A DNA stretch of 64,000 nt. It comes from Sedimentisphaerales bacterium. GTDB taxonomy: Bacteria; Planctomycetota; Phycisphaerae; Sedimentisphaerales; UBA12454. Under the pieces are notes generated by a model, which saw only the letters and a program-made list of their open reading frames with translations, was not told the origin of the DNA and did no database searches. The stretch's first letter is position 1. The number at the start of each line of letters is the position of its first letter. The stretch covers positions 27,538 to 91,537 of the forward strand of contig JAFGGI010000047.1 in NCBI GenBank assembly GCA_016930635.1, read 5' to 3'. Below, piece after piece: positions 52,121-60,130 of the stretch. Both the position numbers and the translations under genes were made by a program.

Positions 52121-52918
52121 ATGGCAGATAAACCAGTCGCGATAGTTACCGGCGCAAGCCGCGGTATTGGAAGAGGAATTGGGCTTGAATTGGCAAATCT
52201 CGGATTTGACATTGTAATAAGTCATTATGACTTTGATAAAGACGGCAAACCTGATGAGGCACCGGGTCAAAAGACTCAAAGCGATATAAAAGCAACAGGC
52301 GCTGAATGTGAAACTATTCGTGCCGATGTCTCAAATGCTGCTGACAGGACAAAACTTATCGATTTGACAAAGGAAAAGTTCGGCAGATGTGACATGCTCT
52401 GCAATAATGCAGGTGTTGCGCCATCAAAGAGACTTGATATCCTCGAAGCAACCGAGCAGAGCTATGACAGGGTTATGAACATCAATCTCAAGGGCCCGTA
52501 TTTCCTTACACAAGCCGTTGCAAACTGGATGGTCGAACAGAAAAAACAATTCCCTGACAGGAATTACAGGATTTGTAATACAAGCAGTATGTCGGCTTAC
52601 ACATCCAGTCCTGCACGAGGTGAGTATTGCCTCAGCAAGGCTGGTATAAGTATGATGACAATGCTTTATGCCGACAGGCTCGCAGAGTTCGGCATCGGCG
52701 TTTTCGAGATCCGCCCCGGTATAATAATGACGGATATGACAAGCGTTGTTAAGGGAAAATATGACAAGCTTATCGGTGAAGGTCTTTTACCGACAAAGCG
52801 GTGGGGTTATCCTGAAGATATCGCCAAGGCAGTTGGTGCGATTGCGGAAGGACGATTGGATTATTCAACCGGACAGGTAATAAATGTGGATGGCGGTTTT
52901 CACTTTAGAAGATTATAA
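52121..52918 (+). CDS. short-chain dehydrogenase/reductase (SDR)
   Basis: ATG at 52121 lies 7 nt after AGGAG (52109-52113). Motifs: ...VAIVTGASRGIGRGI... and catalytic ...YCLSKAG.... The listed 52079 start adds 14 aa with no RBS. Confidence 0.85.
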   Translation: MADKPVAIVTGASRGIGRGIGLELANLGFDIVISHYDFDKDGKPDEAPGQKTQSDIKATGAECETIRADVSNAADRTKLIDLTKEKFGRCDMLCNNAGVAPSKRLDILEATEQSYDRVMNINLKGPYFLTQAVANWMVEQKKQFPDRNYRICNTSSMSAYTSSPARGEYCLSKAGISMMTMLYADRLAEFGIGVFEIRPGIIMTDMTSVVKGKYDKLIGEGLLPTKRWGYPEDIAKAVGAIAEGRLDYSTGQVINVDGGFHFRRL

Positions 52919-52929
52919 GGGATAAAACA

Positions 52930-54957
52930 ATGAATATGAAATTGAAGCAAATTGGCAACCAGAAGGTAAGAATACATACATATAACACTGTGATAGTCGG
53001 CAGCGGCGCGGCAGGAATGAATTGTGCCAAGAAACTCTATGAGTTCTTTGAGACAAAAGGTGTCAAGGACCCTGAGTTGAAAATAGCAGTCGTTACTCGC
53101 GGCCTGCCGTTCGGTGCTTCCCGTATGAGTGGTTCAGATAAACAGACATATTACAAGATGGGTACAAGCCCTGATGTTGCTGATAGTGCTGAAAGTTTTT
53201 CCAAGTCGCTGACCGCTGCAGGCTGCTGTCATGGTGATTTAGCTATTACCGAAGCGATCGGTTCGCTTCGCGGCTTTTATAATCTTGTCGAGGCAGGCGT
53301 TCCTTTTCCACACGATCCGATGGGTACTTACATTGGCTACAAAACCGACCATGACCCTTATGAAAGGGCAACGTCAGCAGGGCCTAAGACCAGCAAGTTT
53401 ATGAGCGAATGTCTCGAAAAGATCGTTCGCAGATATGGTATTGAGATTTGCGACAATCAGGAACTCGTTGAACTTCACGCTGTAAATGAAGAAGGAAACA
53501 AACGTATAACGGGCATTGTTACGGTGAACAGTAAATCTGTTTCTGACGAAGACCTTGGCATTAACATATTTTATTGTGAAAATCTTGTCCTGGCGGCAGG
53601 CGGTCCCGGCGAATTATACGAAACAAGCGTATATCCTCGCGGCCAGGTCGGTATTCATGGCCTGGCTTTCAAGGCAGGTCTTGCCGGTGCTAATCTTACA
53701 GAGTCGCAATTCGGTCTTGCCAGCACAAAATTCCGCTGGAACGTCTCCGGTACATATATGCAGGCTGTGCCGAGAATCTTCAGTACTGATGCCGAGGGTA
53801 ACGACGAACAGGAATTTCTGACCCCATTTTTCCCGTCAATGAGCAAAATGGCTACGGACATATTCTTAAAAGGCTATCAATGGCCTTTCGACCCGCAGAG
53901 AATTGGGAACTACCAGTCTTCACTTGTTGATGTTATCGTCTTTAACGAAAACCAGAAGGGCAGACGGGTATTTATGGACTTTTTGCACAATCCTGTCGGC
54001 GGCGAAGGTATGTCTGAGTTCAAGCTTGAGGAACTCGAACCTGAAGCACTGGATTACTTAAAAGCAACCGGTGCGATGCAGAAGCTGCCCATAGAACGGC
54101 TTGAGCATATGAATCCTCCGGCAATCGAAATTTACAAGGAGCACAACATAGATTTATATTCTGAACCGCTGGAAATCTCCGTTTGTGCACAGCACAACAA
54201 CGGCGGTTTCGCGATAAATCGCTGGTGGGAATCGAATATAAAGCATACATTTGTAATTGGTGAAATGGCCGGCTCACACGGCATCAAACGTCCGGGCGGC
54301 TCAGCATTAAACGCCGGCCAGGTCGGTGCCTCCAGAGCCGCTGAATATATCGCGAATGTCTACGGCGATGCAGTTCCGGACATCCCAGCCGACCAGTCAC
54401 AAGCCAGGTCTATCATAGAGAAAGTTGAAGAGTTGAGTAACTCAGACAGCGACCTGGTTCCTCAGGAGATAATCGCTCAGATACAGCAGCGAATGACAAC
54501 TTACGGCGGCCATATCAGAAAAATGGAGAATGCCGAAAAGGCCCTGGCTGATGCTGTCTCGCTACATGAGCAGATACAGAAGAAAGGCCTCAAGATAGAA
54601 GAGCCTAAGAATCTTATATCAGCAATACAGGCTGAACACCTTGCTTTTGCAAGTATTGGTTATTTAACAGCGATTGTTGAACTGCTCAAGGCCGGCGGCG
54701 GCTCACGCGGCTCACATCTTGTTCTTACTGCTGATGGCATAGAGGTTCATCCTGATATTAAAGACCCGGACACCGGCAAACCATTGAAACTCAAGCCGGA
54801 AAATGAGGACTTGAGAAATACTATAATCGAAGTACAATTCGATGAAGGCAGCGGTGAATTTAAGTGTAAATCAGTTCCAGTCAGGTCCGTGCCCAAAGAC
54901 AGAAAAGCCTTTGAGCCGGCCTGGACTGATTATAGAGAAGGTAAGATATATTCGTAA
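52930..54957 (+). CDS. FAD-dependent oxidoreductase of the fumarate reductase/succinate dehydrogenase/L-aspartate oxidase flavoprotein superfamily
   Basis: The N-terminal dinucleotide motif is ...VIVGSGAAGMNCA.... The size (675 aa) fits, and ...GEMAGSHGIKRPGGSALN... resembles the conserved C-terminal FAD region. Confidence 0.65.
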   Translation: MNMKLKQIGNQKVRIHTYNTVIVGSGAAGMNCAKKLYEFFETKGVKDPELKIAVVTRGLPFGASRMSGSDKQTYYKMGTSPDVADSAESFSKSLTAAGCCHGDLAITEAIGSLRGFYNLVEAGVPFPHDPMGTYIGYKTDHDPYERATSAGPKTSKFMSECLEKIVRRYGIEICDNQELVELHAVNEEGNKRITGIVTVNSKSVSDEDLGINIFYCENLVLAAGGPGELYETSVYPRGQVGIHGLAFKAGLAGANLTESQFGLASTKFRWNVSGTYMQAVPRIFSTDAEGNDEQEFLTPFFPSMSKMATDIFLKGYQWPFDPQRIGNYQSSLVDVIVFNENQKGRRVFMDFLHNPVGGEGMSEFKLEELEPEALDYLKATGAMQKLPIERLEHMNPPAIEIYKEHNIDLYSEPLEISVCAQHNNGGFAINRWWESNIKHTFVIGEMAGSHGIKRPGGSALNAGQVGASRAAEYIANVYGDAVPDIPADQSQARSIIEKVEELSNSDSDLVPQEIIAQIQQRMTTYGGHIRKMENAEKALADAVSLHEQIQKKGLKIEEPKNLISAIQAEHLAFASIGYLTAIVELLKAGGGSRGSHLVLTADGIEVHPDIKDPDTGKPLKLKPENEDLRNTIIEVQFDEGSGEFKCKSVPVRSVPKDRKAFEPAWTDYREGKIYS

Positions 54958-55089
54958 ATTGTTTATAGGTTGCGAAGCTCGTTTCGGTTAGGTTGTATGT
55001 TCAACGATAGACAAAACGAGCATCGTAACCGCGACTCGACCGAGCTCGTCGAAGTCAACCGTTTAACGTTTATTTGAGAGGGTAATATT

Positions 55090-55767
55090 ATGGCCAGACA
55101 TTCAAGGCTTGATGTATTAACCGCGATGAAGCGGACGGGTCTTATCCCGGTTTTTTACAATAACGATTTTGAAATCGCAAAAAATGTCGTATCTGCCTGC
55201 GTTGACGGTGGGGCCGCATGTGTCGAATTTACCAATCGCGGCGACAGGGCGGTTAATGTATTTACAAAACTTGCTGAGTACAGAGACGCCCAGAAACCAG
55301 AGATGATTTTAGGTGTCGGCTCAGTTTGTGATGCACCTGCCGCGGCAATGTATATTTCTGCCGGTGCCGATTTTGTCGTTAGCCCGATGCTGGATGAAGA
55401 AACCGCCAAAATCTGCAACAGAAGAAAAATCCCATACTCTCCCGGCTGCGGCAGCGTGACCGAAATTCACCAGGCCCATATTCTCGGTGTTGAAATCGTA
55501 AAGATTTTCCCGGGTGCCCAGGTTGGCGGTCCAACATTCGCAAAGGCAGTTAAGGGCCCTTGCCCGTGGACTGATATTATGCCTACCGGCGGTGTTTCAC
55601 CTACGAAAGAAAGCCTTACTGAATGGTTTGGTGCAGGAATTGCCTGTGCTGGTATGGGCTCGAAATTGATTACTAAAGAACTTGTTGCTGCCAAAGACTG
55701 GGCCGGTATAACAAAAAAGGTTAGTCAAACAATCGAACTGATAAAACAAATCAGGGAAGGGAAATAA
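55090..55767 (+). CDS. eda: 2-dehydro-3-deoxyphosphogluconate (KDPG)/4-hydroxy-2-oxoglutarate aldolase
   Basis: Motifs: ...GLIPVFYNN..., ...GADFVVSP..., ...VKIFPG..., ...MPTGGVSP.... It is about 225 aa. Confidence 0.8.
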   Translation: MARHSRLDVLTAMKRTGLIPVFYNNDFEIAKNVVSACVDGGAACVEFTNRGDRAVNVFTKLAEYRDAQKPEMILGVGSVCDAPAAAMYISAGADFVVSPMLDEETAKICNRRKIPYSPGCGSVTEIHQAHILGVEIVKIFPGAQVGGPTFAKAVKGPCPWTDIMPTGGVSPTKESLTEWFGAGIACAGMGSKLITKELVAAKDWAGITKKVSQTIELIKQIREGK

Positions 55768-55768
55768 A

Positions 55769-56869
55769 ATGTCCGCACTTAATCTTAGACCTGCCGAGGA
55801 TTGTAAGTATGATATTCTGTCGCTTGGCGAAATAATGATTCGTCTCGACCCGGGTGATAACAGAATTCACACAACCCGCAATTTCAGAGTATGGGAAGGC
55901 GGCGGCGAATATAATGTCGCAAGGGGTCTTCGTCGTTGTTTTGGCAAACGTGCTGCTGTTATAACTTCCATACCGGACAACGCTGTCGGCAGACTGCTCG
56001 AGGATTTAATGCTCCAGGGCGGCGTAAATCTTGAATATGTAAAGTGGGTGCCATTCGACGGTATCGGCAGAGAAGTCCGTGTCGGTCTGAACTTTACAGA
56101 AAAAGGCTTTGGTGTAAGAGCTGCCAAGGGCTGCTCCGATAGAGGCCTTTCGGCGGCATCACAGTTGAAAAAAGGAGACATAGACTGGGAAAGGATTTTC
56201 GGCAAAGACGGTGTCCGCTGGTTTCATACCGGAGGGATATTTGCCGCTCTGTCAGAGACTACTTCAGATGTTATCATAGAAGCGGTAACAACTGCAAAAA
56301 AGTACAGTACAATTGTTTCTTACGACCTTAATTATCGTGCAAGTTTGTGGAAATCTATTGGCGGCCAGAAAAAAGCGCAGCAAGTCAATCGCGATCTTGC
56401 TCCGTATATTGATGTTATGATGGGCAATGAAGAAGATTTTACTGCCTGCTTAGGCCTTGAAGTTCCCGGCCTTGATAAACATTTGTCAAAACTTGATGTT
56501 TCCAATTTCAAGAAAATGATCCTTGAAGCTGCCAAACAATTTCCGAATTTTAAAGCAGTAGCAACAACTCTTAGAAATGCCAAAACGGCAGGAATAAACG
56601 ATTGGGGTGCAGTGCTGTATGTTGACGGTGAATTTTATGAAGCAACATTGCGGGAAAATCTTGAAATTTATGATCGTGTAGGCGGTGGAGATAGTTTTGC
56701 TTCCGGCCTGATCTATGGTCTAATGGAAGGCAAACCACCTCAACAGGCCGTTGAATATGGAGCGGCTCACGGTGCTTTGGCAATGACTACGCCAGGAGAT
56801 ACAACTACGGTATCACTGCCTGATGTTGAAAAGGTAATGGCAGGCGGTACGGCAAGAGTGGATAGATAA
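55769..56869 (+). CDS. kdgK: PfkB-family sugar kinase, 2-dehydro-3-deoxygluconokinase-like
   Basis: N-terminal ...DILSLGEIMIRLDP... and the C-terminal ATP motif ...VGGGDSFASGLIYG.... It starts 2 nt after eda. Confidence 0.75.
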   Translation: MSALNLRPAEDCKYDILSLGEIMIRLDPGDNRIHTTRNFRVWEGGGEYNVARGLRRCFGKRAAVITSIPDNAVGRLLEDLMLQGGVNLEYVKWVPFDGIGREVRVGLNFTEKGFGVRAAKGCSDRGLSAASQLKKGDIDWERIFGKDGVRWFHTGGIFAALSETTSDVIIEAVTTAKKYSTIVSYDLNYRASLWKSIGGQKKAQQVNRDLAPYIDVMMGNEEDFTACLGLEVPGLDKHLSKLDVSNFKKMILEAAKQFPNFKAVATTLRNAKTAGINDWGAVLYVDGEFYEATLRENLEIYDRVGGGDSFASGLIYGLMEGKPPQQAVEYGAAHGALAMTTPGDTTTVSLPDVEKVMAGGTARVDR

Positions 56870-56920
56870 TTGCTGTTTACGGCATATAAATTTTGATTAT
56901 CTGATTAAGCCTGTCAGCTT

Positions 56921-58762
56921 TTACTCATAAGGATTTGGTGTTAACGATCTGCCGAATTCAGTTGATGTGGTTGTTGGGCCTCCTTTTGTATTAAGAATGA
57001 CAAGCTCTCTGGCTTCAGCATCCTCGATTTTTTTGTATATTTGCACGGTTTCTTCCGGCCAGAATGTTGACTTGATAGGTGTATTTTGAATAGGCTCTCC
57101 AGATTTGCAATATAGCAGTTCATGAAACTCCCTTGGCCTCAAATAGCTGGTACCTGTCCATTTTGTGACTGTTCTTGTGTCAACCATTACAAAGCCTGTC
57201 GATAAATCTATTGACTCTACAGGAATATCTGTGTCCCTAAGACGTGTATCCGCTATGTCGATAACCGCGCCGATTTCGTCGCCGCTTCTTACAGTAAAAG
57301 TTTTTGTTACCCAATTCCCGAGAGTATATCGGGCTACTTTTATATCAACGGTTTTGTCAACAAAATTACTTCTTTTTATATCTCTGCTGCTGACGGCAAA
57401 GAAGTGAATGCGATGAGGTATTTCAACAGCCTCGGTCGGCTCACTAAAATCACTGTATAGTACAGCTTGTTTCTGCAAGTCTTTTTGATCCTCACTAAAC
57501 CAGTCTTTACCTGCAATAGGATTAAAAACGCCTAATCTAATACGATATTGATATGTATCGCCCGGCTTTGTGGTTTCGTCATGCGCCCAGAAAATTAGTT
57601 TTTCCAGATTTTCCAGTTCAGTTTCTTTAGTTAATCTTATAGCATTGAATTGACTTTCAATAGTAACAGTTGTTGGCTCAGTTGTACCGAGTCCGGGTCG
57701 TCTTATTAGTTCTTCTGCAGGTCTTCGTGTTCTGCCTGGTAACGGCCTGACTAATTCTTCCTCTGCTTCATCACTTACTCCGGGTTGCCGACGAGTAGTA
57801 CGGGTGGAGGAAGATCTGCTTCTTAACCTTTCAGCTCTCTCAGCTTCAATCCGTCTTCTTTCCAGCTCTTCCTGTTCTCTTGCAAACTGTTGTTCTCTTT
57901 CTTTGTAAAATGATGGGCTTACCCACTGTTTTGAGGGTATAGCATTAAAGTAAACATCAGGCTGAAGGATTTCTTTTCTGCTTTCAGGCTTTTCAAATTG
58001 TACCAGAGCAATCTGGATTTTATATTCATCAGGTTCTTCTGGAATTTGCAGTACCTTGTCTAAATGGTAGAGCTTAGTTTTAGGAATTTTCTCCCATTGG
58101 TTCCACGAACCATCTTTTTGCAGGGTTCTTCGCTGTAATTCCACCTTTGCGAAAACAGGTTTTGCATAATCTTTGATTCTCCACTCAATTGGAAGATGTC
58201 TGCCGGTAAAGGCAGTTTTAAAGTCTTCATAAAGCTTTTTTACATCGATGCTGGATTCTACTGTAACCAGGTCTACATCAGCGAGCTCTGTTTTGGCATT
58301 GGCATAGCTGGTGGTCTCGGAAAGCTTTTCTGTGGGAACAAATGCAGCCATTGGGACAACGATTATCGATGGTTTTTCAACTTTGTTAATAGCCGGTAAT
58401 GAATATACAGGTTTTTCTTTCGCTTCAGCTAAATAGCGAGGAAGAGGAAAATCAATATTTGTATCTACACCTTGAATACTGTCCCTGAGAACATCGAGAT
58501 ATTTCGGTTCTTGAGGCTTGTAAGAATTACTATCCTGTGGTGTTTCCTTTAGCTTCTCCTGCAATTTGCCTGATCTGTTGTTGATGTATTCAATAAGCTG
58601 ATTTGGAGAAAACTTTTTGCCAACATGTTCAATGGCATTAGGCTTACCAACAACAAAAATAAAGAGTATTACTAATGCCGCTATTGCTACACCGGCAAGT
58701 ATAATTTTGTCGATGAAAAGTAAGATGAAATTACCCTTCAGTTTTCTTATTTTCCACTTCAT
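56921..58762 (-). CDS. hypothetical single-pass membrane protein with Arg/Glu-rich central segment
   Basis: A 613-aa ORF with an N-terminal TM (...ILAGVAIAALVILFIFVV...). A charged low-complexity block (aa about 287-357, nt 57692-57904) reads ...REQEELERRRIEAERAERLRSRSSSTRTTRRQ.... It is the last gene of the PilM-led unit. Confidence 0.55.
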   Translation of the reverse strand: MKWKIRKLKGNFILLFIDKIILAGVAIAALVILFIFVVGKPNAIEHVGKKFSPNQLIEYINNRSGKLQEKLKETPQDSNSYKPQEPKYLDVLRDSIQGVDTNIDFPLPRYLAEAKEKPVYSLPAINKVEKPSIIVVPMAAFVPTEKLSETTSYANAKTELADVDLVTVESSIDVKKLYEDFKTAFTGRHLPIEWRIKDYAKPVFAKVELQRRTLQKDGSWNQWEKIPKTKLYHLDKVLQIPEEPDEYKIQIALVQFEKPESRKEILQPDVYFNAIPSKQWVSPSFYKEREQQFAREQEELERRRIEAERAERLRSRSSSTRTTRRQPGVSDEAEEELVRPLPGRTRRPAEELIRRPGLGTTEPTTVTIESQFNAIRLTKETELENLEKLIFWAHDETTKPGDTYQYRIRLGVFNPIAGKDWFSEDQKDLQKQAVLYSDFSEPTEAVEIPHRIHFFAVSSRDIKRSNFVDKTVDIKVARYTLGNWVTKTFTVRSGDEIGAVIDIADTRLRDTDIPVESIDLSTGFVMVDTRTVTKWTGTSYLRPREFHELLYCKSGEPIQNTPIKSTFWPEETVQIYKKIEDAEARELVILNTKGGPTTTSTEFGRSLTPNPYE

Positions 58763-58839
58763 AATTTAAAAATTAAATTTACTTATCTTTTTATATTTTA
58801 TCTCTTTTGTTAGGTAACAATTTATTCCTTTATTACTTC

Positions 58840-60057
58840 TTAATCCCACATTATTACTTCTTTTGGCTTATTGCCCTTTATTTTTACATCGATTTCCTTT
58901 TTGACTGATTCCGGCTTTATTATTTCATAACCTTCCTTATTAAAGATATACTCGCAAACGAGATTTAAATAGACAATAGTATCCTGTCCATAATAATATC
59001 TTTTAGAATCCGGGGTTCCTTCCTGGACTGACTCAATATTACTTTTAAGAATTGTGATTTGATTATGTTTATATAGTTGTCTTGGCAGGTCATTCCTGTA
59101 ACCCGAAAAATAGTGCTCTTTTTCGCTGCAGAGCTGTTCCATAAACTTGAGTATGTCATCGGCTCTAATAATAACTGCCATACTAAATGGTATAATATCA
59201 ATCTGATTATTGGTTTTTCTTCCGGTCCATGGATTACAAAGATATGAGCTTCCTGCATCATAAATCGGCATTTTGCTGAAGTTGCTGGTGGTTTCGTCTG
59301 ATATAGCATCGCTACTTTGAAATTTTACACTAATTAGTCGTTTAACTGAAGAATTTGCAACAGAATCTGAGCCGGAATTTATAGAGATTATTGTATCAGC
59401 AACGTCTTTATGTATCCAATAAGCTAATTGACAGTACCAGCAATCTTCTATGGCATTCTGGGGACCTCTATATCTCCAATTGTTCCAGAAACCGTAGCCG
59501 CTGAATGCTGTGGGGTTTGCATAAACCGATATTTCTTTACTTCTTTTTTCACACATCAAATCAAAGATTTTTTCGCCGCTTGTGTCTAATGATGAACCTC
59601 CTCCTGTTTGTGTTGATCCTGCTTCCTGCCAAATTTCGATATCTGTAGGAGCATCAAGAGCATTCATGTCGTTTATCAGTTGTGTGATACCCTGCTCGTA
59701 TGCCCTTCTGAATTCGTGAAAAATCTGAACTGAAGTTTCGTTTGTGTCTGGAAAAATCTTATAGCTTAAGAGCTCCCGTTGTGTTGTCTGTGCTGCCAAT
59801 TGTTGTATAGAATTCGCATCATTTTGATGCATATCCTCATAAGATCTTATTGCTTCAGCCTGTTCGACAGGAATAGCAGATTTGATTGTTGATTCAAGGT
59901 CTGCTCCGAGCTTTTTAGTCTCTGCGAGCTTTTGGCTGATCTTTTTCCGCATCATGGTAGTTGGTATAAATAACAATATTGCCACAATCGCTATTGAAGC
60001 GGGTATTATTGCTACATGTTTTTTTAATATCTTGCCTATGTTCATATAAAATTTCAA
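58840..60057 (-). CDS. hypothetical single-pass membrane protein (possible PilO-like role)
   Basis: A 405-aa ORF with an N-terminal TM (...VAIIPASIAIVAILLFIPTT...) followed by a coiled-coil-like segment. The role is inferred from position only. Confidence 0.5.
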   Translation of the reverse strand: MKFYMNIGKILKKHVAIIPASIAIVAILLFIPTTMMRKKISQKLAETKKLGADLESTIKSAIPVEQAEAIRSYEDMHQNDANSIQQLAAQTTQRELLSYKIFPDTNETSVQIFHEFRRAYEQGITQLINDMNALDAPTDIEIWQEAGSTQTGGGSSLDTSGEKIFDLMCEKRSKEISVYANPTAFSGYGFWNNWRYRGPQNAIEDCWYCQLAYWIHKDVADTIISINSGSDSVANSSVKRLISVKFQSSDAISDETTSNFSKMPIYDAGSSYLCNPWTGRKTNNQIDIIPFSMAVIIRADDILKFMEQLCSEKEHYFSGYRNDLPRQLYKHNQITILKSNIESVQEGTPDSKRYYYGQDTIVYLNLVCEYIFNKEGYEIIKPESVKKEIDVKIKGNKPKEVIMWD

Positions 60058-60130
60058 AAATTCAAAATTTTAGAATCCATAATTAACAGAATTTCTTCTA
60101 TTTTCATATAATATAACCTATATATTGTTG

